Positions 10,901 through 18,158 of a DNA stretch of 64,000 nucleotides are shown piece after piece. A model generated the notes under the pieces. That model searched no databases. It worked only from the letters and a program-made list of their open reading frames with translations, and was not told where the DNA came from. This DNA comes from Candidatus Woesebacteria bacterium. GTDB taxonomy: Bacteria > Patescibacteriota > Microgenomatia > UBA8517. The stretch's first letter is position 1. Each line of letters opens with the position of its first letter. The DNA is taken from NCBI GenBank assembly GCA_016432365.1, contig CP066686.1:1002918-1066917 (forward strand), read 5' to 3'. A program made the position numbers and the translations under genes.

Positions 10901-11785
10901 ACAGGAGCAGAGATGGCTGCAATTGATTCATTTGGCAATGCCACCTTTTCAGGAACAGTTAACAGTCAACAGTTGGCAGTAAACAGTGAAGCAACAATAT
11001 CAGGAACATTATTTGCAGATAACATAAAATCAAAAAGCCTCGATGAAATTCAAACACTTTTAACAAAAGTGCAGTCTGATCAGAACCTATTAAAGGATTC
11101 TCAAAGCTGGAATACTCATACTGCAACAAACTCAGGTACACTTGCTGGTATTTCCGCCAGTGACCTGTATATAACCAATCAGGCCGCAATTAATTCACTG
11201 TCTGTCTCAAATAGTATTGCAGTAGGTTCCGATCTGATTTTCGGTTCTTCAGTCAATAGTATAAATACTTTATCTTCCCCTCTTGAAATCCAAAATCTTG
11301 CAATGGCACCTGTAGAAATCATGGCCGGCCTGGTTAGAATTGACACTCACGGAAATGTAGATATCGCCGGAAACTTGTTTGTTGCAGGTGAAGTTAGATC
11401 GAAAACAGGGTTCAAAGTTCAAGATTCAAATTCCAATAACGTGGCCTCGATTGATGCAGAAGGAATCGGCAACTTTAATTCAGTTTCCGCTACTCAATTT
11501 GTAATTGCAGCCGGAGTAGACGCAACTAACTCTTCAACAATAAACGGAGTTATAACAACCAATGCAACAGCAGGTTCTGCAACTATTGCATCTGGCATCA
11601 CAGAAATAACTATCAAAAATCCAAAGGTTACCGATTACACACTAATCTATGTAACACCAACCTCTTCGACAAACAACAATGTACTTTATGTCAAAAGTAA
11701 GCAGATAGGAGAATTTGTAGTCGGATTTGCAAACCCGATAGACGTCGATGCAATGTTCAACTGGTGGATCGTACAAATACAATAA
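4970..11785 (+). CDS. Giant (2,271 aa) single-pass surface protein: cytoplasmic CB-domain remnant, TM helix, beta-helix/fibre-like repeats, Gly-rich low-complexity region, C-terminal domain
   Basis: N-terminal SSPATAKRKIVSLRKFLDWA is the second half of a CB domain. TM YLNIAILVILSSALGLGIY. Long T/N/G/S-rich repeats include GNVGIGTTAPNVPLEIN, a tail-fibre-like motif. Gly runs at aa ~1380-1690. Same reading frame as 4442..4954. Confidence 0.7.
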   Translation: MSSLPTILPKVIKAYQTEIARNSSPATAKRKIVSLRKFLDWAKGKGLIDVNLEETILAQTKNETKIPAKNALNVRLQNIRNLYKRYRNIPGTSYLNIAILVILSSALGLGIYNQFFKNATNPFAATSLVRPNRYLSFQGRLTNQFLNPVTAVTSVVFTLYDAASSGTTLWTGTCNVTPDTDGVFSTLLGSDCGSEISSSVFSDNASVWLGVKVAADAEATPRIQIATVAYALNSETLQGYPASSSATINTVPVVNNSGQIVLAVSSPKIQSTTGTFAIEGQAITIQTPSASNGNVTIAPDGTGQLNLTFTGASPGSGTGMVNATDANLTSGSLYYGSVASNASGYNLLQLQSGSSLTNKFVVDSAGNASASGDLTLAGTSSIQTTTFSPLTIGGNTTGNIVLSPSNDIAGGNISPNVTNVTDLGTSSKLFRNIYGTTIYQGANQVCDAGGSVPGCASGINYWGQALGALYPLNNTTDLLIGATATTSAKFAFKNVLTGTPTASISGTTNIATFIDGNGNISSTNRNNLTLGNSSTYNTTGNILLNPNGTGNVGIGTTAPNVPLEINRDSAAAVQEIVRLSNGGAGFGTGSRISFANAGTLNQAYVESGLYNGGGLDGYLAFGTGSSGSAAEVARFDATGKFGIADTSPVSLFTVGNGDLFQIDSTGRVVNIDGVAHSIDDVSGDLTLTSNSTSVAIADDLAVNGATSADITSSTTTASLFNSTVTTLNIGGAATTLNLQGASAATLSIGNANTTTALNLSSGTGDVAISSTDLITLFPTNNVRIGNATDYASFGSAGDITFVDADGAASITGPAGGAFSVLAGASQALTLTGNAASVWSTTGGLTLRTTSGNVLVDTATAGDVTIGPDVSLGTGDDLFLQDGTLTAAVPLTVADTALNAGLTQGIIDAINDVYDLTSGSTNYWQLNTLTLSPANNTYDLAIGGTATASAKFQAFALEKAGDATSRLAKLNSSLITTGTLFEATASAITSGNMIKLGQGGNSAFSGNGIWMDFDNTGGGGGTFTGNFLKFDNATTTKFIVDASGNLGGAGVGQFGSTTVTTYSRFGSATTGHALSSASDLLVSGKLELNDTLFLDGGTIANSAGTGTITFSTTPTTSSNALSASNWLIENTANVGQAALIVNQQKGGDLFTASASGTPKFTISNTGVLTLANNETIDNTTDGTVNVGATTFKLTGGTTVVSDQATVALFNTTTTSLSLGGAATTLNMLGAGSATFNIGNATGTTALNLTSGTGSQTFTSSVATGTGLAGAFVYKDAVLTTGDMIYATASAITSGNIMKLGEAGPQNFTGNGLYMDFDNTGGGSFTGNFVKLDNAGAEKFKIDSSGNVHIYGNLTCDGNCADTKLETFVNSGTYTLPSDATMIIVEGYGSGGGGGGGSQGTTAQYRGGGGGGGGGAYVTDTFPAASVSATVAITVPAGGAGGGSLTDGTAGSSSSFGSYLTAYGGGGGGNNGATGGGGSGGGGGGRTGVGGSSVDDVNGAGGSPNGGALAADAIYSDGGAAGGDAASGTNGSTGGSAYVGGGGGGAATTTGQNQSGHGGSSLHGGGGGGGGATAQAITCLLKDGGNGGSSNNYANLGVGGAAGGTGAGGAGTNGSALAGYGGGGGGGGANICASGTGGAGGNGGAPGGGGGGGGAAAAASGTTGGTGGTGARGEIRVWTISSNAADLAEIYTSNDISLEAGDVVALDSSLKAGVKKTTNTYEDETLGIVSTRPNLVIGDAIKEGNNVVPVALAGRVPVKVTAENGPIVAGDKLTSSSIPGVAMKATKTGITVGTAMSDFNGVEGEIGRVTAFVNTSYTPGMLLHNLLSENGYDIPEEVWRSNNIDYSWIVLATLVSESKKLTSSQISEIYGDRVAATLEVIAPRIVAKSIYAGEINATESGSLVINAVNTIIDGLITAKNIVVKNIVAGAIEVNDLIAQNITSKIFKVQIITPLPDQTDIAVRLGSEATPSGKFAIQDVTGAEMAAIDSFGNATFSGTVNSQQLAVNSEATISGTLFADNIKSKSLDEIQTLLTKVQSDQNLLKDSQSWNTHTATNSGTLAGISASDLYITNQAAINSLSVSNSIAVGSDLIFGSSVNSINTLSSPLEIQNLAMAPVEIMAGLVRIDTHGNVDIAGNLFVAGEVRSKTGFKVQDSNSNNVASIDAEGIGNFNSVSATQFVIAAGVDATNSSTINGVITTNATAGSATIASGITEITIKNPKVTDYTLIYVTPTSSTNNNVLYVKSKQIGEFVVGFANPIDVDAMFNWWIVQIQ
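9120..9990 (+). repeat. GGT/GGA glycine-codon low-complexity tract inside the giant gene
   Basis: Repeated ggtggaggtgg units encode GGGGGGG runs. The antisense strand gives a spurious Pro-rich ORF. Confidence 0.6.
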
Positions 11786-11949
11786 CTGGCATGCCCCACG
11801 AAGCTTTTAGCGAAGTGGGGTGGATCGTACAAGTTAAAAACTAATATCTAGGTATGTCTTTATATATACTTATATATTATTTGAAATACTTTGAACTAAA
11901 AAACTATTGACAGGGTTAATTAAATAATTAATACTAATACCATATATTC

Positions 11950-13872
11950 ATGATAAAAATATTAAAAGAAATTCAAAAATATCTTCTATATATAGTAGTA
12001 GCGACGTTTCCGGTTTTTATACTTTCAAATTCAACTTCACCTGAGGTCCTCTCCAAGTTGGTGCTACTTGTAATCGCTATAACAGCGGTTATTGCAATTT
12101 GGATTTTAAGAATGATTAAAACAGGTAATCTGATTTTCAATATTGGGAAATTCGATCTGGGGGTGCTCCTTTTGGCGTTGGCATATATTCTCTCTGGAAT
12201 AGTGAAGACTGCGAACAAACCGGAGGCTTTCTTTATACCCGGAACGGCTTCGATCGTGGCAGCAATGGCAATAATATATTTCCTGATAAATCAACTTGAT
12301 AAAAAAGCTAAAACAGGGGTTTTGATTTCGTTCTTCGCCTCCGGAATATTTCTTTCCCTATCCATAGTTTTTAGTGAGCTAGGTATATTTACAAAAATTC
12401 CGCAGCTTCCGGCATTTATAAAAGTTGCCTCATTTAACCCTCTCGGTGGGGCTTTGCCTTCAATTATATATTTGGTCCCAATTGTGTTAATAGGAATTTC
12501 ACTGATCATAAAAGACAAAGATTTGGTCAGGAAGATTTTTTGGGCTGTAGCAAACAGTTTGGTAATCATGGCGATAGTGATTTTGATCGGAACATCTCTT
12601 CCGGGAAAAGCCCAATCGCCTAAGTTTCCTAGCATGCAATCCTCCTGGGAGATCGCTGTCGGAACCGTTGCAAAAAGTCCTGTTTTTGGAATTGGTGTAG
12701 GCAACTATCTTACAGCCTTCAATCTTTTTAGACCGGTTACTTATAATCAAACAAGCTTGTGGTCAGTTAAATTCTCAACTGCCAGTAATTATTATCTGTC
12801 TGTCCTCACTGAAGTGGGTTTTTCGGGGATATTTGCTTTAACAATACTCTTTTTGAGCATTTTTAGATTTTTTGGACGGGGTCCGGTTGTTAAAAATACG
12901 AATGAAATGATAATCGACGGATTGGAGAAGCTTTCCTTGGCCGCCATAATCCTAACAATGGCATTTTACCCCGCCTCCCCTGTTGCAATTTTCCCTATTT
13001 TTATTCTTCTGGGGGTGTTTTCAAATTCCGAAGATAAAACTTTCGCCGCCTCAAATACCAGATTTGCAACAATCGTAATAGGGATTATTTTGGGAACAGG
13101 AATCTTTTTTGTTGATTATTTCGGAACCAAGGCACTTATTGCCGAATCTACATTTAAAAAGTCCCTTGAGGCCCTAGGTAAAAACGACGCAAAATCAACT
13201 TTTGACTTAATGCAGAAGGCAGTTCAAGCAAACCCGGGAATCGACAGATACCATGCATCGCTTGCCCAAGTTGATATGGCCCTGGCACAATCAATTGCAA
13301 ACAAAAAAGACCTTACGGATTCTGACAAGAATACAATTACCCAACTGGTTCAGCAAGCAATCATCGAAGGTAAGGCGACTGTCGCCCTAAACCCCGAAAG
13401 ATCCGGCAACTGGGAAATACTGGCCCAGATTTACCGAAGCGTAATGCCATTTGCCAGTGGTGCCGATCAATTTACGATCCAATCGTATTCTCAGGCGGTT
13501 GCACTTGATCCGACAAATCCGAATCTCAGAATTGCACTAGGTGGAGTGTATTATGCACTGGGACGTTACGATGACTCAATAGACACCTTTAAACTGGCTG
13601 TCCTAGCCAAACCGGATCTGGCCAATGCCCATTACAATTTAGCGATAACTTACAAAGCCAAGAAGAATTATGACAGTGCCATAAGCGAGATGAATCTGGT
13701 TTTATCTCTGGTTGCTAAAGATTCGGAAGATTACAAACTGGCCAAAAACGAACTCGATAATTTAATGAAAGATAAACCGGCCACAACCAAAACAACTACA
13801 AGTCAAGGACAGCTAACCACACCACAGTCTGTGAGTCCAAACAATATCGAAGCTCCGATCACTCTTCCCTAG
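11950..13872 (+). CDS. Polytopic membrane protein, O-antigen ligase/polymerase-like, with C-terminal TPR repeats
   Basis: About 10 predicted TM helices in the N-terminal 400 aa. C-terminal ALDPTNPNLRIALGGVYYALGRYDDSIDTFKLAV...AHYNLAITYKAKKNYDSA is TPR-like. TAG stop. Confidence 0.45.
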   Translation: MIKILKEIQKYLLYIVVATFPVFILSNSTSPEVLSKLVLLVIAITAVIAIWILRMIKTGNLIFNIGKFDLGVLLLALAYILSGIVKTANKPEAFFIPGTASIVAAMAIIYFLINQLDKKAKTGVLISFFASGIFLSLSIVFSELGIFTKIPQLPAFIKVASFNPLGGALPSIIYLVPIVLIGISLIIKDKDLVRKIFWAVANSLVIMAIVILIGTSLPGKAQSPKFPSMQSSWEIAVGTVAKSPVFGIGVGNYLTAFNLFRPVTYNQTSLWSVKFSTASNYYLSVLTEVGFSGIFALTILFLSIFRFFGRGPVVKNTNEMIIDGLEKLSLAAIILTMAFYPASPVAIFPIFILLGVFSNSEDKTFAASNTRFATIVIGIILGTGIFFVDYFGTKALIAESTFKKSLEALGKNDAKSTFDLMQKAVQANPGIDRYHASLAQVDMALAQSIANKKDLTDSDKNTITQLVQQAIIEGKATVALNPERSGNWEILAQIYRSVMPFASGADQFTIQSYSQAVALDPTNPNLRIALGGVYYALGRYDDSIDTFKLAVLAKPDLANAHYNLAITYKAKKNYDSAISEMNLVLSLVAKDSEDYKLAKNELDNLMKDKPATTKTTTSQGQLTTPQSVSPNNIEAPITLP

Positions 13873-13882
13873 GTATAATTTA

Positions 13883-14383
13883 TTACGGAGTTGCTATTGG
13901 GGTCTCAACAGGAGTTGTCTCGGGAGTTGACTTAACCTTAGCTGGGGCCGTTGGTGACGGAACAGGACTAGACACGGCTTGATTATTTATGTTTACCGCT
14001 CCAACTTCAACAATCATGTTTGTTGAAGGCCTGTATAAAATTGCCTTTGCGGCCTTTTGATAAATTAATACTTTATCGCCATTTTGAGCTTTGGCAAAAA
14101 ACGGCTGATCTTTGACTTTTGAAGCGTCAGTAACTGTTGCTACGGTAGGTTTCTCATCATCCGGCAACGATATAAGTTTGCCAACCTGAGCAACTAAAGC
14201 ATCGACCTCTGCTTGAACTGCGGCCGACCCTTTAGAAAGTCCAAACCATTCCGGTTTTTGTTGGGCCGTAAAAATTCCCCCAAATACTCCAAGCGCAATA
14301 ATTAAGATATAAGGAATGAGTCTGAAGATTAAAGACCCTAACCCCCCTTTTCCTCCCTGTTCGTTTTCTGTCTTGTCTTCCAT
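13883..14383 (-). CDS. Small membrane-anchored protein with Pro/Thr-rich C-terminus
   Basis: N-terminal TM LIPYILIIALGVFGGIF. C-terminal PVPSPTAPAKVKSTPETTPVETPIATP. Confidence 0.4.
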   Translation of the reverse strand: MEDKTENEQGGKGGLGSLIFRLIPYILIIALGVFGGIFTAQQKPEWFGLSKGSAAVQAEVDALVAQVGKLISLPDDEKPTVATVTDASKVKDQPFFAKAQNGDKVLIYQKAAKAILYRPSTNMIVEVGAVNINNQAVSSPVPSPTAPAKVKSTPETTPVETPIATP

Positions 14384-14437
14384 TCCTATAATTTATATCA
14401 CCAATGACACCTTTATGCAAACCGTGTGGATCTGATG

Positions 14438-15523
14438 TTACGACAACGTTTCAGGTGGGGTTGAACCGGAATGGATTTTGTGCTCTTGAATTGCGCCCTC
14501 TTTATAACCACCGATTTTGGAGATACGAACCGCGATAATTAAGAACCCGACGGCTGCAAGCCCGGCCAAACCCAAATCCCTAAAATAAAACGGGGTAAGC
14601 GACTCCAAAGCATCTGTTGCCGGAGTTGCTACCGCGAGAGTCATGCGTTGACTTCCGACAACTATTGGTGAATAAGCAATCAGATATCTTGTTAATGCCC
14701 CATTTTTATTTTCGTCCGGCAGAGCAATATCGATACTGCCCTCGTCAGTATCCATCAAAACAGCTTTTATTTTTTGTACCAAAACCGCCCCCCCTGCAAA
14801 ACCGGCTTTGTTCAAATAATCTAAATAGTTTACTCCAATAAGCTTTTTAATTGGACCTGCAACGATGACCCCGTTTTGGTCAATTAAATAAACCCTAGTG
14901 TTATTTGTAACCTTTAAAGGATCTAAATAATATGAAATTGCTTCGTCAATAATAAACCCCGTAACCAAAGCCCCGTTAAATTGTCCATTTTTAAATACCG
15001 GGGAAACAGCCGAAACTACATATCTACCTGTTGTAAAGCCGATTTTTGATTGGAAAGGCTCTACAATAAAAACCTCGCCTTCTTTGGCCGTTTTTGCCCA
15101 GTTAAAATATTCCCTCTCGGAAACATCTATTCCTTCCCCGGTTGGCCCGATTCTATCAGCCCCAAACCTTACAATTCCTTGTCTGTCAACCAAAATTAAC
15201 CCCGACACAGGTGTTCCGTTCCAACCGTCCATGAAACCTTTAAATTCCACAGGAACTTCCTTCGGATCAAAGGCGATAATGCGTGAGTGATTGGAATAAC
15301 TGGAGGTTTGATGACTAAGATCGCTTATAAAAAGTTTGTATAATGAGGCCCCGGCCCTTGCAACAGATTTCTGGCGATTAACCATTTGCTGTATTAAAGC
15401 ATCAGATGCTCCTTTGCCAAGCAGAAGATAAATTACGGTCGCGACGCAAATCATCAAAATTCCAAATAGAAGAAAAATATTATTGGAAGTTTTAAACAGT
15501 ATATTTAGAACACCTTTTACCAC
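14438..15523 (-). CDS. Membrane protein with extracytoplasmic sensor-like (Cache-like) domain flanked by two TM helices, no output domain
   Basis: N-terminal and C-terminal TM helices bracket a ~280-aa domain. No kinase, GGDEF or other output domain. Confidence 0.35.
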   Translation of the reverse strand: MVKGVLNILFKTSNNIFLLFGILMICVATVIYLLLGKGASDALIQQMVNRQKSVARAGASLYKLFISDLSHQTSSYSNHSRIIAFDPKEVPVEFKGFMDGWNGTPVSGLILVDRQGIVRFGADRIGPTGEGIDVSEREYFNWAKTAKEGEVFIVEPFQSKIGFTTGRYVVSAVSPVFKNGQFNGALVTGFIIDEAISYYLDPLKVTNNTRVYLIDQNGVIVAGPIKKLIGVNYLDYLNKAGFAGGAVLVQKIKAVLMDTDEGSIDIALPDENKNGALTRYLIAYSPIVVGSQRMTLAVATPATDALESLTPFYFRDLGLAGLAAVGFLIIAVRISKIGGYKEGAIQEHKIHSGSTPPETLS

Positions 15524-15597
15524 AGCACAAATAGTATGCCATATCGACAGTTAACTATGTCAAGTAGATTTTAAACATGGTAATGGTAAACTAAACT

Positions 15598-16260
15598 ATG
15601 CATAAATTTGAAAGGTTTCTATTTTTTTACAGCATTCTTGCCATAACTGTATTTTTTATATCATTCGGAGTTTTCTCTCCTTCCCCCCTTAACTTTATAA
15701 GTGGCATTCTAATGCTCCCCAGCGCCTTTTACTTCTGGATACGGACGACCGACCCGGAACACTCAAGTCCAAACGTATGGTCCGTAAGATTCGTTTTGGT
15801 TTTAGGGCTTTTGTCGACTTTTGGAATCTTCGGATTTTACCTTGCATCAAGGGGTTTGCCGCAAATCCGAGTCCTTGAGGAAAAAATTGATGGTCTCGCT
15901 ATCAAAAACACAGGTTTACAAAACGAGCTGGAAAAAACAAACTCCGAACTGGCTAAGTTTAAACAAAGTATCGCTACTCCTTCGGCTACTGTAAAGGGAA
16001 TTAGTACAAACGATATAACAGTTGCTGATCTGGTTGCCGGATCGCCGACACCGGGTTCAGGACAAAGAATAACGGGTATTTCCGGCCAATCTTCGATTAA
16101 CGTTTACCAATCCACTTCCCTCTCCTCCCCAAAAATCGGCACCGTCGACGGTAGTATCACCTATCCGTATATAACAAAACAAGACGGTTGGTATAAAATA
16201 GTTTTAACTAGTGCCAAGACCGGCTGGGTAAACGAAAATCAGGTGGTCGAAATACAATAA
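15598..16260 (+). CDS. Membrane protein with coiled coil and C-terminal SH3b-like domain
   Basis: Three TM helices in the N-terminus. C-terminal GWYKIVLTSAKTGWVNENQVVEI is SH3b-like. Confidence 0.4.
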   Translation: MHKFERFLFFYSILAITVFFISFGVFSPSPLNFISGILMLPSAFYFWIRTTDPEHSSPNVWSVRFVLVLGLLSTFGIFGFYLASRGLPQIRVLEEKIDGLAIKNTGLQNELEKTNSELAKFKQSIATPSATVKGISTNDITVADLVAGSPTPGSGQRITGISGQSSINVYQSTSLSSPKIGTVDGSITYPYITKQDGWYKIVLTSAKTGWVNENQVVEIQ

Positions 16261-16269
16261 CCTACAAAT

Positions 16270-17073
16270 ATGAAGTCACTGCTTCCAAAATTACTGTTTT
16301 TTTACTCAACAGTTATTGCAATACTGATAACAGTTAGTAGTGGAAGGTTTGTTTTTCTGTTTTTGCCGGTTCTTACTTATTTTCTTTTAGAAACGACGCG
16401 TCGGTTCTTTTTCTCGCAAGATCAAATTCTCTCGGCTGGCATTGAAAAGATATTGATATATTACGGTTTTGTAATAAGTTGTCTTGTAATGGTAATGGGT
16501 TTTGTATCTGCGGGCAGCCTGACTCAGATAATTACCGGAACACTGTTTATCCCATTATTTATATATTTTGCTTCCCAGGTTTTTCCAAGAAGAAACCGAG
16601 CCGTCCGCCTTCCGAAAACTCCAGAAATAATAATCCAGACTACCGAAGATAAAGTTGACGAAAAAACCATGAAACTGAAAAAGGAAGGCGTAGATGTTGA
16701 CCGCAGAGTGTTTCTAAAGCTGATTAGTTCGGCAGGGCTTAGTCTTTTCTTGTTCTCAATATTTACCAAACGGGCAGAGGCAGCATTTTTCGGAAGTGTT
16801 CCGGGACCGGGAACGGTGTCTGTTAAAGATATTGCAGGAAATAAAATCAATCCTGCAGAAAAACAACCAACAGACGGCTATCGAATCAGTAGGCTTGACG
16901 ATGCTTCCCCCGCCTACTACGGATTTACAAACAAAGACGGAGCCTGGTTTGTGATGAAAGAATTGGAAGACGGGTCCTACCTTTACCGAAAAGGAAACTC
17001 CGGTTTTGCCGCGGCGTGGGCAGAAAGAGGAAACCTGGGTATTACATACGATGAATTTGAGAACGTATTTTAA
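16270..17073 (+). CDS. Membrane protein carrying an internal twin-arginine (RRVFLK) signal followed by a ~95-aa exported domain
   Basis: Four N-terminal TM helices. Then MKLKKEGVDVDRRVFLKLISSAGLSLFLFSIFTKRAEA matches Tat signal consensus S/T-RRxFLK plus h-region plus AxA. Confidence 0.4.
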   Translation: MKSLLPKLLFFYSTVIAILITVSSGRFVFLFLPVLTYFLLETTRRFFFSQDQILSAGIEKILIYYGFVISCLVMVMGFVSAGSLTQIITGTLFIPLFIYFASQVFPRRNRAVRLPKTPEIIIQTTEDKVDEKTMKLKKEGVDVDRRVFLKLISSAGLSLFLFSIFTKRAEAAFFGSVPGPGTVSVKDIAGNKINPAEKQPTDGYRISRLDDASPAYYGFTNKDGAWFVMKELEDGSYLYRKGNSGFAAAWAERGNLGITYDEFENVF

Positions 17074-17122
17074 AAAGTCCAGTTTTACACCTCTTGACCT
17101 TTGACCCAAAATCGAGTATTTA

Positions 17123-17620
17123 TTGAGTATGAAACTTTCAAAAGAGATTTGGCTCGTAGTTGCGTTTGTTGCTTTTCTTCTGGCTTGGCTTATCGACAGA
17201 CTGGCTGGACCTGTATCGATCGCTGTCGGAAACCCGATTGCATTTCTTTCCTCCTCAAGACTCCTTAACACCTATCCGTTTACGGCAACGGCAATAATCA
17301 TAAGAACTCTCGCAATTTTTATTTCAGCAATGCTGATTCTTTCACTCTTTAACAGAAAATACTTTACCAAAGCCGTTGTTTTATTCTTCATTTGTGTTCT
17401 GGCTGAATTTTTTTCAATTCAACAACTCGCAACAGGGTTTAGAGTCACAACCATACAGTGGACACTTTCGATTGCCTATGCAAGTCTTATCTTAGGGGTC
17501 GGGATTGTCTGGCTAATCCTAATGGGAATCTGGGCAAGTTTTAATAAAGAAACCACCTCTACCGAAAGCTCCAGCGAGGCGAGAGAAGATTCAGTACTCA
17601 CCCCTCCCGAGTCGGAATAA
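17123..17620 (+). CDS. Polytopic small membrane protein
   Basis: Four to five hydrophobic helices and an acidic C-terminus. Confidence 0.4.
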   Translation: MSMKLSKEIWLVVAFVAFLLAWLIDRLAGPVSIAVGNPIAFLSSSRLLNTYPFTATAIIIRTLAIFISAMLILSLFNRKYFTKAVVLFFICVLAEFFSIQQLATGFRVTTIQWTLSIAYASLILGVGIVWLILMGIWASFNKETTSTESSSEAREDSVLTPPESE

Positions 17621-17701
17621 TCAAATCTACAAATTTCAAATTAAAAGCACTAAATAACCAACGCATTTACACTGAGTCTTCGAGATGCAAGCGTTTGCTC
17701 A

Positions 17702-18118
17702 TTACTTGTTTACAATCAATCTCCAGGCCAATCTCTGCATTATATAAGCCCCAAGTCCGATTGCAAAAGTCCAGAAATAATTAGTGATTCCAAATCCGGC
17801 AACTTGAGAAAATCTGGAAACTATCCAAAACGCAAAAATGTTTGCGCTGAAAAAATAACCGAACGTGACTGCGGCACTATCGAACTTAATTCCTTTGCTC
17901 ATGGCAAAATCCCAAAGAACCCAAATGAAAAAAGTTACCCAAAAACCGGCATATATAGCCGACTCAACGGGATTAAAACGCCAATTACCCAGAACTATTT
18001 CTTGAGAAAACATACTTCCAAAAAAATACAAAACTACGGAGTTAACTAACCAATAAGCAAAATATAATAAGTGGTTATACATAAATCTCACCCCATCTCT
18101 ATTCCATGAATATATCAT
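17702..18118 (-). CDS. Polytopic small membrane protein
   Basis: Hydrophobic W/F-rich helices throughout. Confidence 0.4.
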   Translation of the reverse strand: MIYSWNRDGVRFMYNHLLYFAYWLVNSVVLYFFGSMFSQEIVLGNWRFNPVESAIYAGFWVTFFIWVLWDFAMSKGIKFDSAAVTFGYFFSANIFAFWIVSRFSQVAGFGITNYFWTFAIGLGAYIMQRLAWRLIVNK

Positions 18119-18158
18119 AAATTCGAAAATCTTTCTTTATGATATTATTTACTTACAA

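Noticed and set aside
12291-12704. 137-aa minus-strand ORF inside the O-antigen-ligase-like gene
   Set aside because: Fully nested antisense ORF within a well-supported multi-TM CDS.
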